From positions 640,434-704,433 of the forward strand of contig CBDFLQ010000006.1 in NCBI GenBank assembly GCA_965249275.1: a stretch of DNA of 64,000 nucleotides, written 5' to 3'. Position 1 is the stretch's first letter, and every line of letters begins with the position of its first letter. Below are positions 1 to 9,946 of the stretch, piece after piece. Under the pieces are notes generated by a model. That model worked only from the letters and a program-made list of their open reading frames with translations, ran no database searches and was not told where the DNA came from. The translations under genes and the position numbers were made by a program. The DNA comes from Dehalococcoidia bacterium. Lineage in GTDB: Bacteria > Chloroflexota > Dehalococcoidia > Plut-88900.

Positions 1-281
1 TCTTTCAAACTCCCAACCGCGCTCACCGAGACGATATGGGTCACTCCCAGGGTCTTCAGTGCAAATATGTTGGCTCGGGCCGGTATCTCCGTGGGGCTGA
101 TGCGGTGTCCCTTGCCGTGCCGAGGTAAAAACGCCACCGGACGCCCTTCCAGCGTCCCGACGGTTATCGCATCGCTGGGATTGCCGAACGGAGTCTCGAC
201 GTTGACCTCTTCTCTATCGAGAAGGGCCTCCATATCGTAGAGCCCGCTGCCTCCGATGATCCCTATAGATGCTTCAGTCAT
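1..281 (-). CDS. mtnP: 5'-methylthioadenosine phosphorylase. The start codon is at 281-279; the 3' end of the gene lies outside the window.
   Basis: The reverse-strand translation reads [93 protein letters not shown]. This has the classic MTAP N-terminal motifs ([23 protein letters not shown]). It lies 20 nt downstream of mtnA on the same strand. Confidence 0.8.
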   Translation of the reverse strand, partial: MTEASIGIIGGSGLYDMEALLDREEVNVETPFGNPSDAITVGTLEGRPVAFLPRHGKGHRISPTEIPARANIFALKTLGVTHIVSVSAVGSLK

Positions 282-301
282 ATTGAATTTCTATTGAATG
301 C

Positions 302-1336
302 TCAGGCCCCGGTGCCCGAAAGCAGTTTCAGGGCCTCACTATAGGGCGCCCGAGCGATACCGTTCTCCGTGATGATAGCCGCCACGTAGCGCGAAGGCGT
401 GACGTCGAAGGCCGGGTGGGCCGCTTTGACACCCTCGGGCGCCACCCAGATACCTGCGTATTCCAGCACCTCCCTTGGGTCCCGCTCCTCGATAGGGATG
501 TCGTCCCCGGTTGTGAGGCTCAGATCGAAAGTGCTTATCGGTGCTGCTACGTAAAACGGCACCGAGTTCTCCTTGGCGAGCACAGCTATGGAGTAAGTCC
601 CAATCTTGTTAGCCACGTCGCCGTTGGCCGCGATCCTGTCCGCCCCGACCACCACGCAGTCAACGTCCCCCGACTTCAGGAAGTGCCCTGCCATCGAGTC
701 GGTTATGAGCGTAACGTCTATCTCGTCCTGGGAAAGCTCCCATGCGGTGAGTCTTGCTCCCTGGAGGAAGGGCCGGGTCTCGGTGGCCAGCACCCGGACG
801 GGAGTCCCGGATTCTATGGCGGAGCGGATGACCCCCAACGCGGTACCGTACCCCGCCGTGGCGAGGGCCCCGGCGTTGCAGTGGGTCATCACCATGCCCC
901 CACCTTGAATCAATGCCGCCCCATGCGCCCCGATACGGCGGTTGATTGCCTCGTCTTCTCGGTGAATTGTGATTGCCTCAGCGATAAGGGCGTCCTTGAC
1001 GGCTTCCGGGCTGCACTGTCCGTCGAAGACTCTCTGCATCCGGTCTACGGCCCACCTGAGGTTTACTGCGGTGGGCCGGGAGGCGGCTATCTCATCACAC
1101 ACAGGGCCCAGGCGGGCTTTGAAATCAACCATGTCCTGCGAGTCTATGGCCCGGGCCCCGAGGGCCACCCCGTAAGCAGCCGCCACCCCTATGGCCGGAG
1201 CGCCCCGGACACGCATCTCCTTTATGGCCCGCGCTACCTCACGGTAGTCGTCCAGTTCAAGGTAGACCTCCTGACGCGGAAGCAGGGTCTGGTCGAGGAG
1301 TATGAGTTTGCCGTCTCGCCACTCGATGCTGTTCAT
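302..1336 (-). CDS. mtnA: S-methyl-5-thioribose-1-phosphate isomerase (eIF-2B alpha/beta/delta family)
   Basis: 344 aa. The N-terminus is [60 protein letters not shown], a typical MtnA signature. Forms a methionine-salvage pair with mtnP. Confidence 0.85.
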   Translation of the reverse strand: MNSIEWRDGKLILLDQTLLPRQEVYLELDDYREVARAIKEMRVRGAPAIGVAAAYGVALGARAIDSQDMVDFKARLGPVCDEIAASRPTAVNLRWAVDRMQRVFDGQCSPEAVKDALIAEAITIHREDEAINRRIGAHGAALIQGGGMVMTHCNAGALATAGYGTALGVIRSAIESGTPVRVLATETRPFLQGARLTAWELSQDEIDVTLITDSMAGHFLKSGDVDCVVVGADRIAANGDVANKIGTYSIAVLAKENSVPFYVAAPISTFDLSLTTGDDIPIEERDPREVLEYAGIWVAPEGVKAAHPAFDVTPSRYVAAIITENGIARAPYSEALKLLSGTGA

Positions 1337-1452
1337 GTCGGCTCTATGGTATTCACGTGTTTGTGGCTTCGGCCCGTGGCTCGGGTGCAGCCGGTAGATT
1401 ATAGGTTAAGCAGGGCCTCAGTACCATTGCCGGGGGTCAGCCGACGGGCATT

Positions 1453-1461
1453 TGTTATAAT
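1453..1461 (+). promoter_or_regulatory. Extended -10 element TGtTATAAT upstream of prfA, followed by the motif CGGCTC
   Basis: The sequence ttgttataatcggctcc sits about 58 nt upstream of the prfA GTG start. The same TGnTATAATCGGCTC string recurs at 23522. Confidence 0.4.
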
Positions 1462-1518
1462 CGGCTCCAGAGCCCCCTGACCTCGGGGGGGTTTCCATGA
1501 ACAGACCGGGGAGATAGA

Positions 1519-2610
1519 GTGGAGAAGTTTGACCGTTTGGAAGAGATGGAGCAGCGGTTTCAGGAGATCGAACAACTCCTGTCCGACCCCGAAATAGCCA
1601 GGAATCCCCAGCGAATCCAGTCCCTCTCTCGGGAGCGCGCATCCATCCAGGACATTGTAACGACCTACCGGGAGTTCAAGGACGTGGGTCAGGAGCTTGA
1701 TGAAAGCCGGTCTATGCTCGACGACAACCTGGACGAGGAGATGAAGTCCTTCGTCAAGGAAGAGATGGCTACGCTGGAACAGCGGCACGGTCGACTTTCT
1801 AGGGAGATCATTGAGGCCCTGGTCACGGGAGACCTGCGGGACAGCAAGGACGTGATCATGGAGATCAGGGCGGGCGCGGGAGGAGACGAAGCCGCACTCT
1901 TCGCCTCCGACCTCTATCGCATGTACGTCCGCTACGCCCAGACCCTTGGATTTCACAGTGAAGTCCTGAACACCAACGACATAGGAATCGGCGGCCTCAA
2001 GGAGGTCGTTTTCGGAATCAAGGGCAAGGGCGCATTTGGGAAGTTCAAATACGAAAGTGGCGTTCACCGGGTCCAGCGTGTCCCCGTCACCGAGTCCTCA
2101 GGTCGCATCCACACCTCCACCGTAACCGTCGCCGTCATGTCCGAAATGGAAGAGGTGGATGTCACAATCGACCCCGACGACCTGAAGATCGACATTTTCC
2201 ATGCCGGGGGCCACGGGGGCCAGAACGTCAACAAGGTCGCCACTGCCGTCAGGATCACTCATCTCCCAAGCGGCCTTGTCGCGGTATGCCAGGATGAACG
2301 CTCTCAGCTCAAGAACAAGACCAAAGCCATGTCCGTCATCCGGGCCCGGCTCTACGACATCGAGCACCGGAAACAGCAGGCAGAGGTAGCCGAGGCCCGC
2401 CGCTCCCAGGTCGGAACGGGTGACCGCTCCGAGAAAGTGCGCACCTATAACTTCCCCCAGGACCGCATCACCGATCATCGCATCGGCCTTTCCCTTCACA
2501 ATCTGCCCAGGGTCCTGGAAGGCGAGATGGGAGAGCTGGTACAGGCGTTGTCCGACAAAGAACGGGAAGAGAACCTGGTCAGGGCCGGGATAGGTTCCGG
2601 GGGCGCATAG
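1519..2610 (+). CDS. prfA: Peptide chain release factor 1
   Basis: 363 aa with a GTG start. Contains the GGQ motif (HAGGHGGQNVNKV) and an N-terminal RF1 coiled-coil region. Confidence 0.9.
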   Translation: MEKFDRLEEMEQRFQEIEQLLSDPEIARNPQRIQSLSRERASIQDIVTTYREFKDVGQELDESRSMLDDNLDEEMKSFVKEEMATLEQRHGRLSREIIEALVTGDLRDSKDVIMEIRAGAGGDEAALFASDLYRMYVRYAQTLGFHSEVLNTNDIGIGGLKEVVFGIKGKGAFGKFKYESGVHRVQRVPVTESSGRIHTSTVTVAVMSEMEEVDVTIDPDDLKIDIFHAGGHGGQNVNKVATAVRITHLPSGLVAVCQDERSQLKNKTKAMSVIRARLYDIEHRKQQAEVAEARRSQVGTGDRSEKVRTYNFPQDRITDHRIGLSLHNLPRVLEGEMGELVQALSDKEREENLVRAGIGSGGA

Positions 2611-2611
2611 A

Positions 2612-3490
2612 GTGCGGGTCAGGGACGCCCTCAGGCAGGCTCGGGAGAAGCTGCGGGCGTCGGGGGTGGAGGATGCAGGATTCGAGGCGGAATATCTCTT
2701 GCGGTCAGCCCTCGGGTGCACCAGAGAAAGTCTCCTAATAGGCCTAGACTCCGACATCTCATCCTCAGACCAACTCCGCTTCGACTCGGTAATCGATCGG
2801 CGGGCTGCTGGCGAACCCTCGGCATATATCACAGACCATAAAGAGTTCTACGGACTCGACTTCAAGGTCGACTCCCGGGCCCTGATCCCCCGCCCCGAAA
2901 CCGAGCTTCTTGTGGAGCTTGCCCTGGAATTCGCCGCCCGACATACAAGCCGGGGAGAGGGCCTCAACATCGCCGACGTGGGAGTTGGGTGTGGGGCTAT
3001 TACAATCGTGCTGGCAATAAATCTACCGAGGGCGAGGCTAGTGGCTACGGACATCTCACCGGCGGCGCTGAAACTTGCAAGCGAGAACATATCCAGGCAT
3101 CGAGTCGAAGACCGTGTAACGCTGCTGGAGGGAGACCTGCTCCAACCCGTCTCCGGCCCAATCGACATCCTGGTCTCAAACCCGCCCTACATTAAGTTGG
3201 GTGATTTCTCGAGTTTGGCGAGGGAAATACGGGACCACGAGCCCCCAGCAGCCCTGGACGGCGGAGAGCACGGCTTGGCCGTCATCGAGCGGCTAATCCA
3301 TCAGGCTAAGGACAAGCTCAGGCCAGGCGGAGCCATGTTCGTAGAAATAGGCTGGGACCTGGGAGAACGAGCCCTGGCCCGCTCCTTGGAACTCTGGCCA
3401 GAGTCCAAAGTTTCCATCACACCCGACCTCGCCGGCCTCGACAGAGTCCTAACCCTTCGTTCGCCCATCGGCGTGGCGCAGCCCGCATAA
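2612..3490 (+). CDS. prmC: Release-factor glutamine N5-methyltransferase (HemK/PrmC)
   Basis: 292 aa with a GTG start 2 nt after the prfA stop. Contains an NPPY motif (VSNPPYI) and a SAM-binding motif (DVGVGCGAI). prfA-prmC is a conserved operon. Confidence 0.85.
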   Translation: MRVRDALRQAREKLRASGVEDAGFEAEYLLRSALGCTRESLLIGLDSDISSSDQLRFDSVIDRRAAGEPSAYITDHKEFYGLDFKVDSRALIPRPETELLVELALEFAARHTSRGEGLNIADVGVGCGAITIVLAINLPRARLVATDISPAALKLASENISRHRVEDRVTLLEGDLLQPVSGPIDILVSNPPYIKLGDFSSLAREIRDHEPPAALDGGEHGLAVIERLIHQAKDKLRPGGAMFVEIGWDLGERALARSLELWPESKVSITPDLAGLDRVLTLRSPIGVAQPA

Positions 3491-3497
3491 GGAACAC

Positions 3498-3899
3498 ATG
3501 AACATCTTCTTCGATGTCGATGACACCCTTATCGCCTTCGACGGCAGCCTGCGGCCCCACGTCTACGAGGTCTTCCAAAAACTCCTGGACGATGGGCACG
3601 ACATCTACATATGGTCGGGGGTAGGTCTGCGGTGGGAAATCATCGAACGGCACAAGCTGCGCCCCTACATCCAGGACTGCTTCGTCAAGCCCACCGCTAA
3701 CTACCGGAAAGCCCTGGAGATTCTCGGAATTCCCGTCCACCCCGACTTCTGCGTCGACGACCACCCGGAGCTGATCAAATCTCTCGGTGGGGAGGCCGTC
3801 AAGCCCTACTATTGGGCCGACACAAGAGACAAAGAGATGCTCCGTATTTACGATGCCATCACCGAGTTTGCGAAGGCCGACGGAAACGCAGCGCCTTGA
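3498..3899 (+). CDS. Small HAD-superfamily hydrolase-like protein
   Basis: 133 aa. Motif I DxD (FFDVDDTL) is at the N-terminus. An AAGGA ribosome-binding site precedes the ATG. Confidence 0.55.
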   Translation: MNIFFDVDDTLIAFDGSLRPHVYEVFQKLLDDGHDIYIWSGVGLRWEIIERHKLRPYIQDCFVKPTANYRKALEILGIPVHPDFCVDDHPELIKSLGGEAVKPYYWADTRDKEMLRIYDAITEFAKADGNAAP

Positions 3900-4016
3900 C
3901 CCAAAAGCCATTCGCGTAATGTCCGGCCTTATACCATCCAGCCATGCCGTCATTCCTGCGGAGGCAGGAATCCAGAAGGAACTGCTCCATAAACCGAGTA
4001 CAGGGAGGCCCGAGAA

Positions 4017-5156
4017 ATGCCAAGGATCATAGACGCGGACAGCCACACCGTTGAGCCCCCTGACCTGTGGGTCAAAAACCTTGAACCCGAGTACAGGCAT
4101 CGCGCAATGCGCATCGCCGTCGATGAGGATGGCCTGGAATACCTGGAGATCGACGGCAAGAAGCCAAAGGGCTACCTGATCTCGGGCGGGATGTTCGGAA
4201 GGCCGAGCGGCATCGGCAAGGACGTAAAGGACCTGCTGACTCCCGGAAAGATCACTTACCAAGAAGGTCTCGAGCCCGGCGCGGTTGATCCCATAGAACG
4301 CCTTAAAGTGCTGGACTCGGAAGGGATAGAGGCAACGGTGCTATACCCGACAATGGGCCTCGCCTGGGAAGCCGAATGCCCCGACTACAAGCTGGCCGCG
4401 GCCTACTGCCGGGTCTACAACGATTGGATACTGGACTTCTGCCGCCCCAACCCCGACAGGCTCATTCCCATCTCCCATGTCTCGGTATCCGACGCGGAGG
4501 AAGGCGCCAGGGAGCTTGAAAGGACCGCCAAGCTCGGAGCCCGCGGGGTCTTCCTTAGCGGCTACCCCATCAATGGCATTTCCTACGGAGACCCGCGCCA
4601 CGATCGATTCTGGAGCCTGGCACAAGAGTCCGATCTCCCGGTCTCCCTTCATATCGCTGCCACCCCTCGGCAAGTCTTCGACAACCTGTACACCGGCGGC
4701 GTCCCCGAAAACACCTGGTGGAACTTCCTCACCCTGGCCAACGACACATTCATCGGCTTCGCCAGCCTTTTCAAGGGCGCTGTCTTTGATCGATTCCCGG
4801 ATATCAAGGTAATCATCCTGGAGACAGGCGCAGGGTTCATGCCCTACTGGCTTGACCGGATGGACGAGTTCTACGAAAAGTTCGGGTTCGCCACGGGAAT
4901 GCAGATGAAGCCCAGCGACTACTTCTACAAACAATGCTGGATATCCCTTGAGCCCGACGACGAAATGGCCGTCGCCACCATCAACACCCTCGGCGCGGAC
5001 AGGTTCATCTGGGGCGCAGACTACCCGCACTCGGACGGGCTTTACGGCGCCGTGGACGTCCTGAAGAACAACATCAGCCCCCTGTCGGAAGCCGACCAGT
5101 CCAAGGTGCTGGGGGAGAACGCCATAGACCTTTACAACATAGGTCCTGTCTCGTGA
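4017..5156 (+). CDS. Amidohydrolase-2 (ACMSD/LigI-like, PF04909) family metal-dependent hydrolase
   Basis: 379 aa. The N-terminus IIDADSHTVEP and the WGADYPH-type C-terminus are typical of Amidohydro_2. A GGGAGG ribosome-binding site is present. Confidence 0.7.
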   Translation: MPRIIDADSHTVEPPDLWVKNLEPEYRHRAMRIAVDEDGLEYLEIDGKKPKGYLISGGMFGRPSGIGKDVKDLLTPGKITYQEGLEPGAVDPIERLKVLDSEGIEATVLYPTMGLAWEAECPDYKLAAAYCRVYNDWILDFCRPNPDRLIPISHVSVSDAEEGARELERTAKLGARGVFLSGYPINGISYGDPRHDRFWSLAQESDLPVSLHIAATPRQVFDNLYTGGVPENTWWNFLTLANDTFIGFASLFKGAVFDRFPDIKVIILETGAGFMPYWLDRMDEFYEKFGFATGMQMKPSDYFYKQCWISLEPDDEMAVATINTLGADRFIWGADYPHSDGLYGAVDVLKNNISPLSEADQSKVLGENAIDLYNIGPVS

Positions 5157-5169
5157 GTGGGGAGGATTT

Positions 5170-6504
5170 ATGGAATTCGCAATAGTCCTCGGCGTGATCC
5201 TGGGTGTGGCCGTCGGGGTAGTGATGGGCGCTATCGGCGTACAGCTAAAGACGGGCAACGCCAGGTCCAGGTTGGAGTCGGAGGCCGCTCTGGTCAGGCA
5301 GCGTCTGGAAATTGCCGAGCGGGACAATGAGGGACTGAGGGCGCGAGAGTCGGGGTTGCAGGAGGAGGTTACCGCTCGAAGCCTTGAAGCAGGTACCCTC
5401 CGAGCCCAGCTCGAAGCCACCAACAAGCGTTTCGAAGAGCAGATGAACCTCGAAGCGATCATGGCTGACAAGTTCAAGGCGCTCTCCGCAGAAGCGATCT
5501 CCGACAACAGTGACAAGTTCCTCAAGGATGCCAACGAAAAGATAGGGACACTGGTCAAACCCCTTTCTGAAGAGCTGAAGCGTATCGAGACCGACCGCGC
5601 CAAGTCTCAAGGTAGCCTCACACAACAAATCGAGACTTTAGCCCAGAACAATAAAGCCCTGGAACAGGAGGCCCGAAACCTGTCCACCGCACTCAAGAGG
5701 CCCGAGGTGCGCGGCGCATGGGGCGAGATTCAACTAAGGCGAGTAGTCGAACTCGCCGGCATGACGGACTACTGCGACTTCGAGGAACAGGTGTCGATAC
5801 CCGCGCTTAACGGCGGTCAAGACCGCCCCGACATGGTCGTCCGAATGCCCAACAATCGCACTATTGTCATCGACGCCAAGACCCCCATGAACGCCTACCT
5901 CAGCGCCACCGAGTCCGAAACCGAGGATGAAAGAGAAAAGGCCCTTGTAAAGCACTCTGGACAGGTCAAGGAACGAGCCAAGAACCTGTCTCAAAAAAAG
6001 TACTGGCAAGCCTTCGATAGGTCGCCCGACTTCGTGGTCATGTTCCTTCCCGGCGAATTCCTGCTGCAACCTGCCTTGGAAAGAGAGCCGGACCTGATGG
6101 ATTGGGCCATGCAGAACAAGGTGGTCATAGCTACCCCCAACACCCTGATGGCGCTGTTAAAGACCGTAGAGATGGGCTGGCGGGAAGTGCGTTTAGCCAG
6201 GGACGCGGAGGAGGTGGGCAAGCTGGGGAGGCAGATCCACGAAAGGCTCCAGACCTGGGCCGATCACATGGTAAAGATGGGCAATTCTCTGAATCAGACC
6301 GTCAGGCACTTCAACAGCGGGGTCGGGTCCCTGGAATCGAGGGTTCTCACCTCGGCCCGCAGATTCAAGGAACTGGGCGTCGCGTCGAGTCAGGAAATTC
6401 CCGAAATCCCGACCATAGACACCCAGGTAAGGGAATTAAACAGCATTCCGTCCCAATCGGGATTACCCAGCCTAACCGCAGGCCGGGAAGACGATCAAGA
6501 CTAA
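5170..6504 (+). CDS. rmuC: DNA recombination protein RmuC
   Basis: 444 aa. It has an N-terminal TM helix, a long coiled coil, and a C-terminal RmuC nuclease-like domain (VVMFLPGEFLL, IATPNTLMALLKTV). Confidence 0.75.
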   Translation: MEFAIVLGVILGVAVGVVMGAIGVQLKTGNARSRLESEAALVRQRLEIAERDNEGLRARESGLQEEVTARSLEAGTLRAQLEATNKRFEEQMNLEAIMADKFKALSAEAISDNSDKFLKDANEKIGTLVKPLSEELKRIETDRAKSQGSLTQQIETLAQNNKALEQEARNLSTALKRPEVRGAWGEIQLRRVVELAGMTDYCDFEEQVSIPALNGGQDRPDMVVRMPNNRTIVIDAKTPMNAYLSATESETEDEREKALVKHSGQVKERAKNLSQKKYWQAFDRSPDFVVMFLPGEFLLQPALEREPDLMDWAMQNKVVIATPNTLMALLKTVEMGWREVRLARDAEEVGKLGRQIHERLQTWADHMVKMGNSLNQTVRHFNSGVGSLESRVLTSARRFKELGVASSQEIPEIPTIDTQVRELNSIPSQSGLPSLTAGREDDQD

Positions 6505-6573
6505 TCCCCACCCCTATGGTGTAAACTAGCCGTCAACAGACCCCTCCAAGCCATCTATGAGAGGTAATTCGAC

Positions 6574-7389
6574 ATGACCGGTATATGGCCTGGCCCTACT
6601 CAGTGCACCGTCAACCTCGGCTTCGACATCGATGCCCAGAGCAACTGGATCGGCAGAGACCCGGCTTTGCGGGACAGGCCGGTAATGATGACCGCCGCCG
6701 ACTACGGCCCGAAAGTCGGCGTGCCGAGGATACTCAACCTGATGGATGAATACGGGCTCAAGGCTTCTTTCTTCATCCCCGGTTTCACTGCCGAGCAGTA
6801 CCCCGACCTCGTGAAGGAGATCCTGGCCAGGGGCCACGAGGTGGCGGGCCACGGCTACATGCACCGCCGGCCTGCAGAGCTAACACTGGAAGGGGAGATA
6901 GAAGACCTGGACCGGGGCCTCGAGGCACTGGAAAAGGCCGCAGGGCAAAAGATCACCGGCTACCGGGTCCCGGGCGGTGACGCCAGCAACCGCACAATGT
7001 CTCTCCTCGCAGAGCGGGGCATCATCTACGACTCCAGCCTGATGGACGACGACGCCCCTTATATGATCGAGACGACAAACGGCAACGTTCTTCAGATCCC
7101 CTTCCACTGGCTCCTCGACGACTTTCCCTACTACGCCTATGCTCCCGCGGTGGGCATGCGGGGCCCGGGCTGCAGTCCCGCCTCGGTGGCCCGGACATGG
7201 ATCGCCGAGTTCGACGGCCTCTACCAGGAGGGCCGCTGCATGATTCTGGTCATGCACCCGCAGGTCACAGGCCACCCCGGTCATCTGGCGGGCCTGGAAA
7301 CTACCATCAAGCACATGCTTACCAAGCCCAACGTCGCCATCACCACCGCCGGTGATATCGCCGAGCAGTGGCTGGCTAAGAACTCGTAG
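6574..7389 (+). CDS. Polysaccharide deacetylase (NodB-homology) family protein, copy 1 of 3
   Basis: 271 aa. NodB motifs are present (NLGFDIDA, HGYMH, FFIPG). Confidence 0.7.
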   Translation: MTGIWPGPTQCTVNLGFDIDAQSNWIGRDPALRDRPVMMTAADYGPKVGVPRILNLMDEYGLKASFFIPGFTAEQYPDLVKEILARGHEVAGHGYMHRRPAELTLEGEIEDLDRGLEALEKAAGQKITGYRVPGGDASNRTMSLLAERGIIYDSSLMDDDAPYMIETTNGNVLQIPFHWLLDDFPYYAYAPAVGMRGPGCSPASVARTWIAEFDGLYQEGRCMILVMHPQVTGHPGHLAGLETTIKHMLTKPNVAITTAGDIAEQWLAKNS

Positions 7390-8208
7390 ATGGCCGGTCT
7401 CTGGAAAGACGGAGTCCAATGCGCGGTCAACATCGGCTTCGACGTTGATGGCGTCAGCTCGTGGCTGGGGCGCGACGGTGATTTCGCCAACAGGCCGGTC
7501 GCCATGACAATGGGCGAATACGGGCCCAAGGTCGGCGTGCCCAGGATTCTGGACCTGTTGGAAGAATACGGAATTAAAGGCAGCTTCTTCGTCCCGGGCC
7601 ACACCGCCGAGAACCACCCGAACATCGTCCCGGACCTCCTTGAACGCGGCCACGAGGTCGCCCACCACGGTTACATCCACGAACGACCCGCCGCCTTGGA
7701 CGAATCCGAGGAGCGGCGAGCAATTGAGACAGGCCTCGAGATTCTTGAGCGGCAGGCAGGCTTCCGAATAAGAGGCTACCGCTCGCCGTCATGGGATATC
7801 AGCTTAAAAACTCTCGGTCTCTTGGTGGAATACGGCTTCTCATACGATTCCAGCCTCATGGACGACGACGCCCCTTACGTTCACGATGTGGACGGGTCTC
7901 GGTTGGTGGAGCTTCCCGTGCAATGGCACCTGGACGACTTCCCTTACTGGGGTTACGCCCCCGCCGCCGGAGTCCGAGGACCGCTCTCCAGCCCGGAGGC
8001 CGTGACCCGCACCTGGACCGCAGATTTCGACACCCTCTACCGGGAGGGCAGGTGCTACATTCTGACCCTTCACCCCCAAGTCTCGGGGCACCCGAGCAGA
8101 TTGTCGTGCCTGGAGCGTACCATTCAGCACATTATGTCCCACCCCAAGGTCGCATTCATGCGCTGCGACGAAATCGCCCAGCATTGGATCGAGCGGGGCC
8201 TTTCCTAG
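7390..8208 (+). CDS. Polysaccharide deacetylase family protein, copy 2 of 3
   Basis: 272 aa paralog of the gene at 6574. Its ATG start directly abuts the upstream stop. Confidence 0.7.
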   Translation: MAGLWKDGVQCAVNIGFDVDGVSSWLGRDGDFANRPVAMTMGEYGPKVGVPRILDLLEEYGIKGSFFVPGHTAENHPNIVPDLLERGHEVAHHGYIHERPAALDESEERRAIETGLEILERQAGFRIRGYRSPSWDISLKTLGLLVEYGFSYDSSLMDDDAPYVHDVDGSRLVELPVQWHLDDFPYWGYAPAAGVRGPLSSPEAVTRTWTADFDTLYREGRCYILTLHPQVSGHPSRLSCLERTIQHIMSHPKVAFMRCDEIAQHWIERGLS

Positions 8209-8238
8209 ACCCGATCCCCAAGCATCAGGAGGAACACC

Positions 8239-9048
8239 ATGGCAGGCATATGGCCCGGAGACACCCAGTGCGTAGTAACCCTGGGATTCGACATCGACGG
8301 CGTCAGTTCGTGGATTGGCAGAAACCCCGACTTCGCCAACAGGCCCGGCCTGCTTTCCATGGCCGAGTATGGGCCCAAGCGAGGCGTGCCTCGCATCCTG
8401 AAATTGCTGGACGACTACGATATCAAGGCCACTTTCTACATCCCAGGCTACGTCGCCGAGAACTATGAGGACATGGTGAGGGATATCGTGAAGCGGGGCC
8501 ACGAGGTCGGGCACCACGGCTACATGCACGAGGCACTGGGGACCATGCCGCTGGACCAGGAAACCGAAATCCTCGAAAGGGGCATGGCAATCCTCGAACG
8601 GATTACCGGCATGAAGACCCTCGGGTATAGGGCCCCGTTCTTCGACACCAGCCTGGACACCATACGTCTGCTGGCCGAGCACGGCTTCGCCTACGACACA
8701 AGCATGCACGACAGCGACGTCCCCTATATCCACGAAGTCAGCGGGAAGAAGCTGGTGGAAGTCCCGGTCAAGTGGGTGCTGGACGACTACGGGTACTTCG
8801 CATTCGTGCCCCAGGCGGGTATGAGATCGGCGATGCAGGACCCCCAGAGCGTCTACGAGACCTATGCCGCTGAGTTCGACGGCGCCTACAAGTACGGCAA
8901 CGTGATGACCATGACGCTGCACCCCCAGGCCAGCGGAAGGCCCGCGCGGCTCACGTCGGTAGAGCGGCTGATACAGTACGCCAAGTCCCACCCGAACGTG
9001 GAGTTCTGGCGAGGCATAGATATCGCAGAGTACTGGCTAGGGCGGTAA
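8239..9048 (+). CDS. Polysaccharide deacetylase family protein, copy 3 of 3
   Basis: 269 aa paralog with the same motif set (TLGFDIDG, HGYMH). Confidence 0.7.
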   Translation: MAGIWPGDTQCVVTLGFDIDGVSSWIGRNPDFANRPGLLSMAEYGPKRGVPRILKLLDDYDIKATFYIPGYVAENYEDMVRDIVKRGHEVGHHGYMHEALGTMPLDQETEILERGMAILERITGMKTLGYRAPFFDTSLDTIRLLAEHGFAYDTSMHDSDVPYIHEVSGKKLVEVPVKWVLDDYGYFAFVPQAGMRSAMQDPQSVYETYAAEFDGAYKYGNVMTMTLHPQASGRPARLTSVERLIQYAKSHPNVEFWRGIDIAEYWLGR

Positions 9049-9100
9049 ACAAGAGTCTTAGGGATCAGGGGCAGAATTAGATTATCCCCCCTCCTTTTCT

Positions 9101-9526
9101 CTAACTCCGTCTACTTCGCCTGGATGTTTCGCGATTGTCGTCCCTTGCAAAGTCGATGTCGGCCTGTGAGGGAATTCGAAAAGAGAATTTCGTATCGCCT
9201 TCTGGGTGTGTAATCGCAAAATCTCCAAGCCCTATGATGTCCATTCCGATAAGCACATCGTAGCCTCTCAAGTTGCCTAAAATTACGCGAAGGCCTTGAA
9301 ACTCCACCTCGCTGGGCAGCTTAACGTTGACGGCATAGGACGGCACATCCTCCGCAGATCCCTGTACGTGGTTGACCTTGCGCGTACCGATACTCCGTAG
9401 CACGCAAGCTTCGACCACTCTCTGAGAGATGACGCTGCCAGTGGCTCCTGTGTCCCACAGGGCGGTAAACTGAAACATCTGAGGTTGGGGGCCACTATCT
9501 CCCGGACTCCAGGAGTCGGAGAGCAT
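9101..9526 (-). CDS. Retropepsin-like (clan AA) aspartic protease
   Basis: 141 aa. Contains the D-T-G-A active-site motif (LWDTGATGSVIS) and a downstream hydrophobic-hydrophobic-G motif (VLIGMDII). The local region is low-GC. Confidence 0.6.
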   Translation of the reverse strand: MLSDSWSPGDSGPQPQMFQFTALWDTGATGSVISQRVVEACVLRSIGTRKVNHVQGSAEDVPSYAVNVKLPSEVEFQGLRVILGNLRGYDVLIGMDIIGLGDFAITHPEGDTKFSFRIPSQADIDFARDDNRETSRRSRRS

Positions 9527-9597
9527 ACAGACGGTTCTGAGCGACCGCGCCCGGTTTGGGGTAACGGTCGTAAAGCTGAACGAATGTACTTGGCGAG

Positions 9598-9858
9598 CTA
9601 TGGAGGAAACCCCGGTGAGTGAATGGTTACGGTGTAGTCGTCTTCACCTTCACTGACCCTTTGGACCATGAAAGTGCCGGGTTCGTGCTCTTTCCTGGTC
9701 TCCATGATTGCATCTAGCTCGGTGTCATATGTTCCGAGGACTTCGTGGTTCTTTAGTACGATGACCTTGCCGTCATACTTCTTCACGAAGTCGTCTTGGT
9801 TGTCTAGGTAATAGCGGAATTCGTTATTGACAGTTTCGATGTCCTTGGTGAGTGCCAT
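9598..9858 (-). CDS. Hypothetical small protein (86 aa) upstream of and co-oriented with the retropepsin-like gene
   Basis: Clean ORF with low-GC composition matching the downstream gene. Family not recognised. Confidence 0.4.
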   Translation of the reverse strand: MALTKDIETVNNEFRYYLDNQDDFVKKYDGKVIVLKNHEVLGTYDTELDAIMETRKEHEPGTFMVQRVSEGEDDYTVTIHSPGFPP

Positions 9859-9946
9859 GATATCGGCCTCCTGTTTGAATGGAGTATTGCACGCGGAAAA
9901 GTAAGATGCAAAGAATATGCTATATATTATAGCTCGTAACTATCAT

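Noticed and set aside
416-1480. 354-aa plus-strand ORF antisense to mtnA
   Set aside because: It lies entirely inside the well-supported minus-strand mtnA gene. Its composition is typical of shadow ORFs in high-GC DNA (Arg/Pro/Gly-rich, no recognisable domain).
4341-5603. 420-aa minus-strand ORF spanning the amidohydrolase and rmuC genes
   Set aside because: It is antisense to two confidently called plus-strand genes. The low-complexity Ser/Arg/Ala-rich translation looks like a GC-driven open frame, not a gene.
6880-8991. Two long minus-strand ORFs (266 aa and 383 aa) antisense to the polysaccharide-deacetylase array
   Set aside because: These are shadow ORFs opposite conserved NodB-domain genes. 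They have no start-site context or domain signal.
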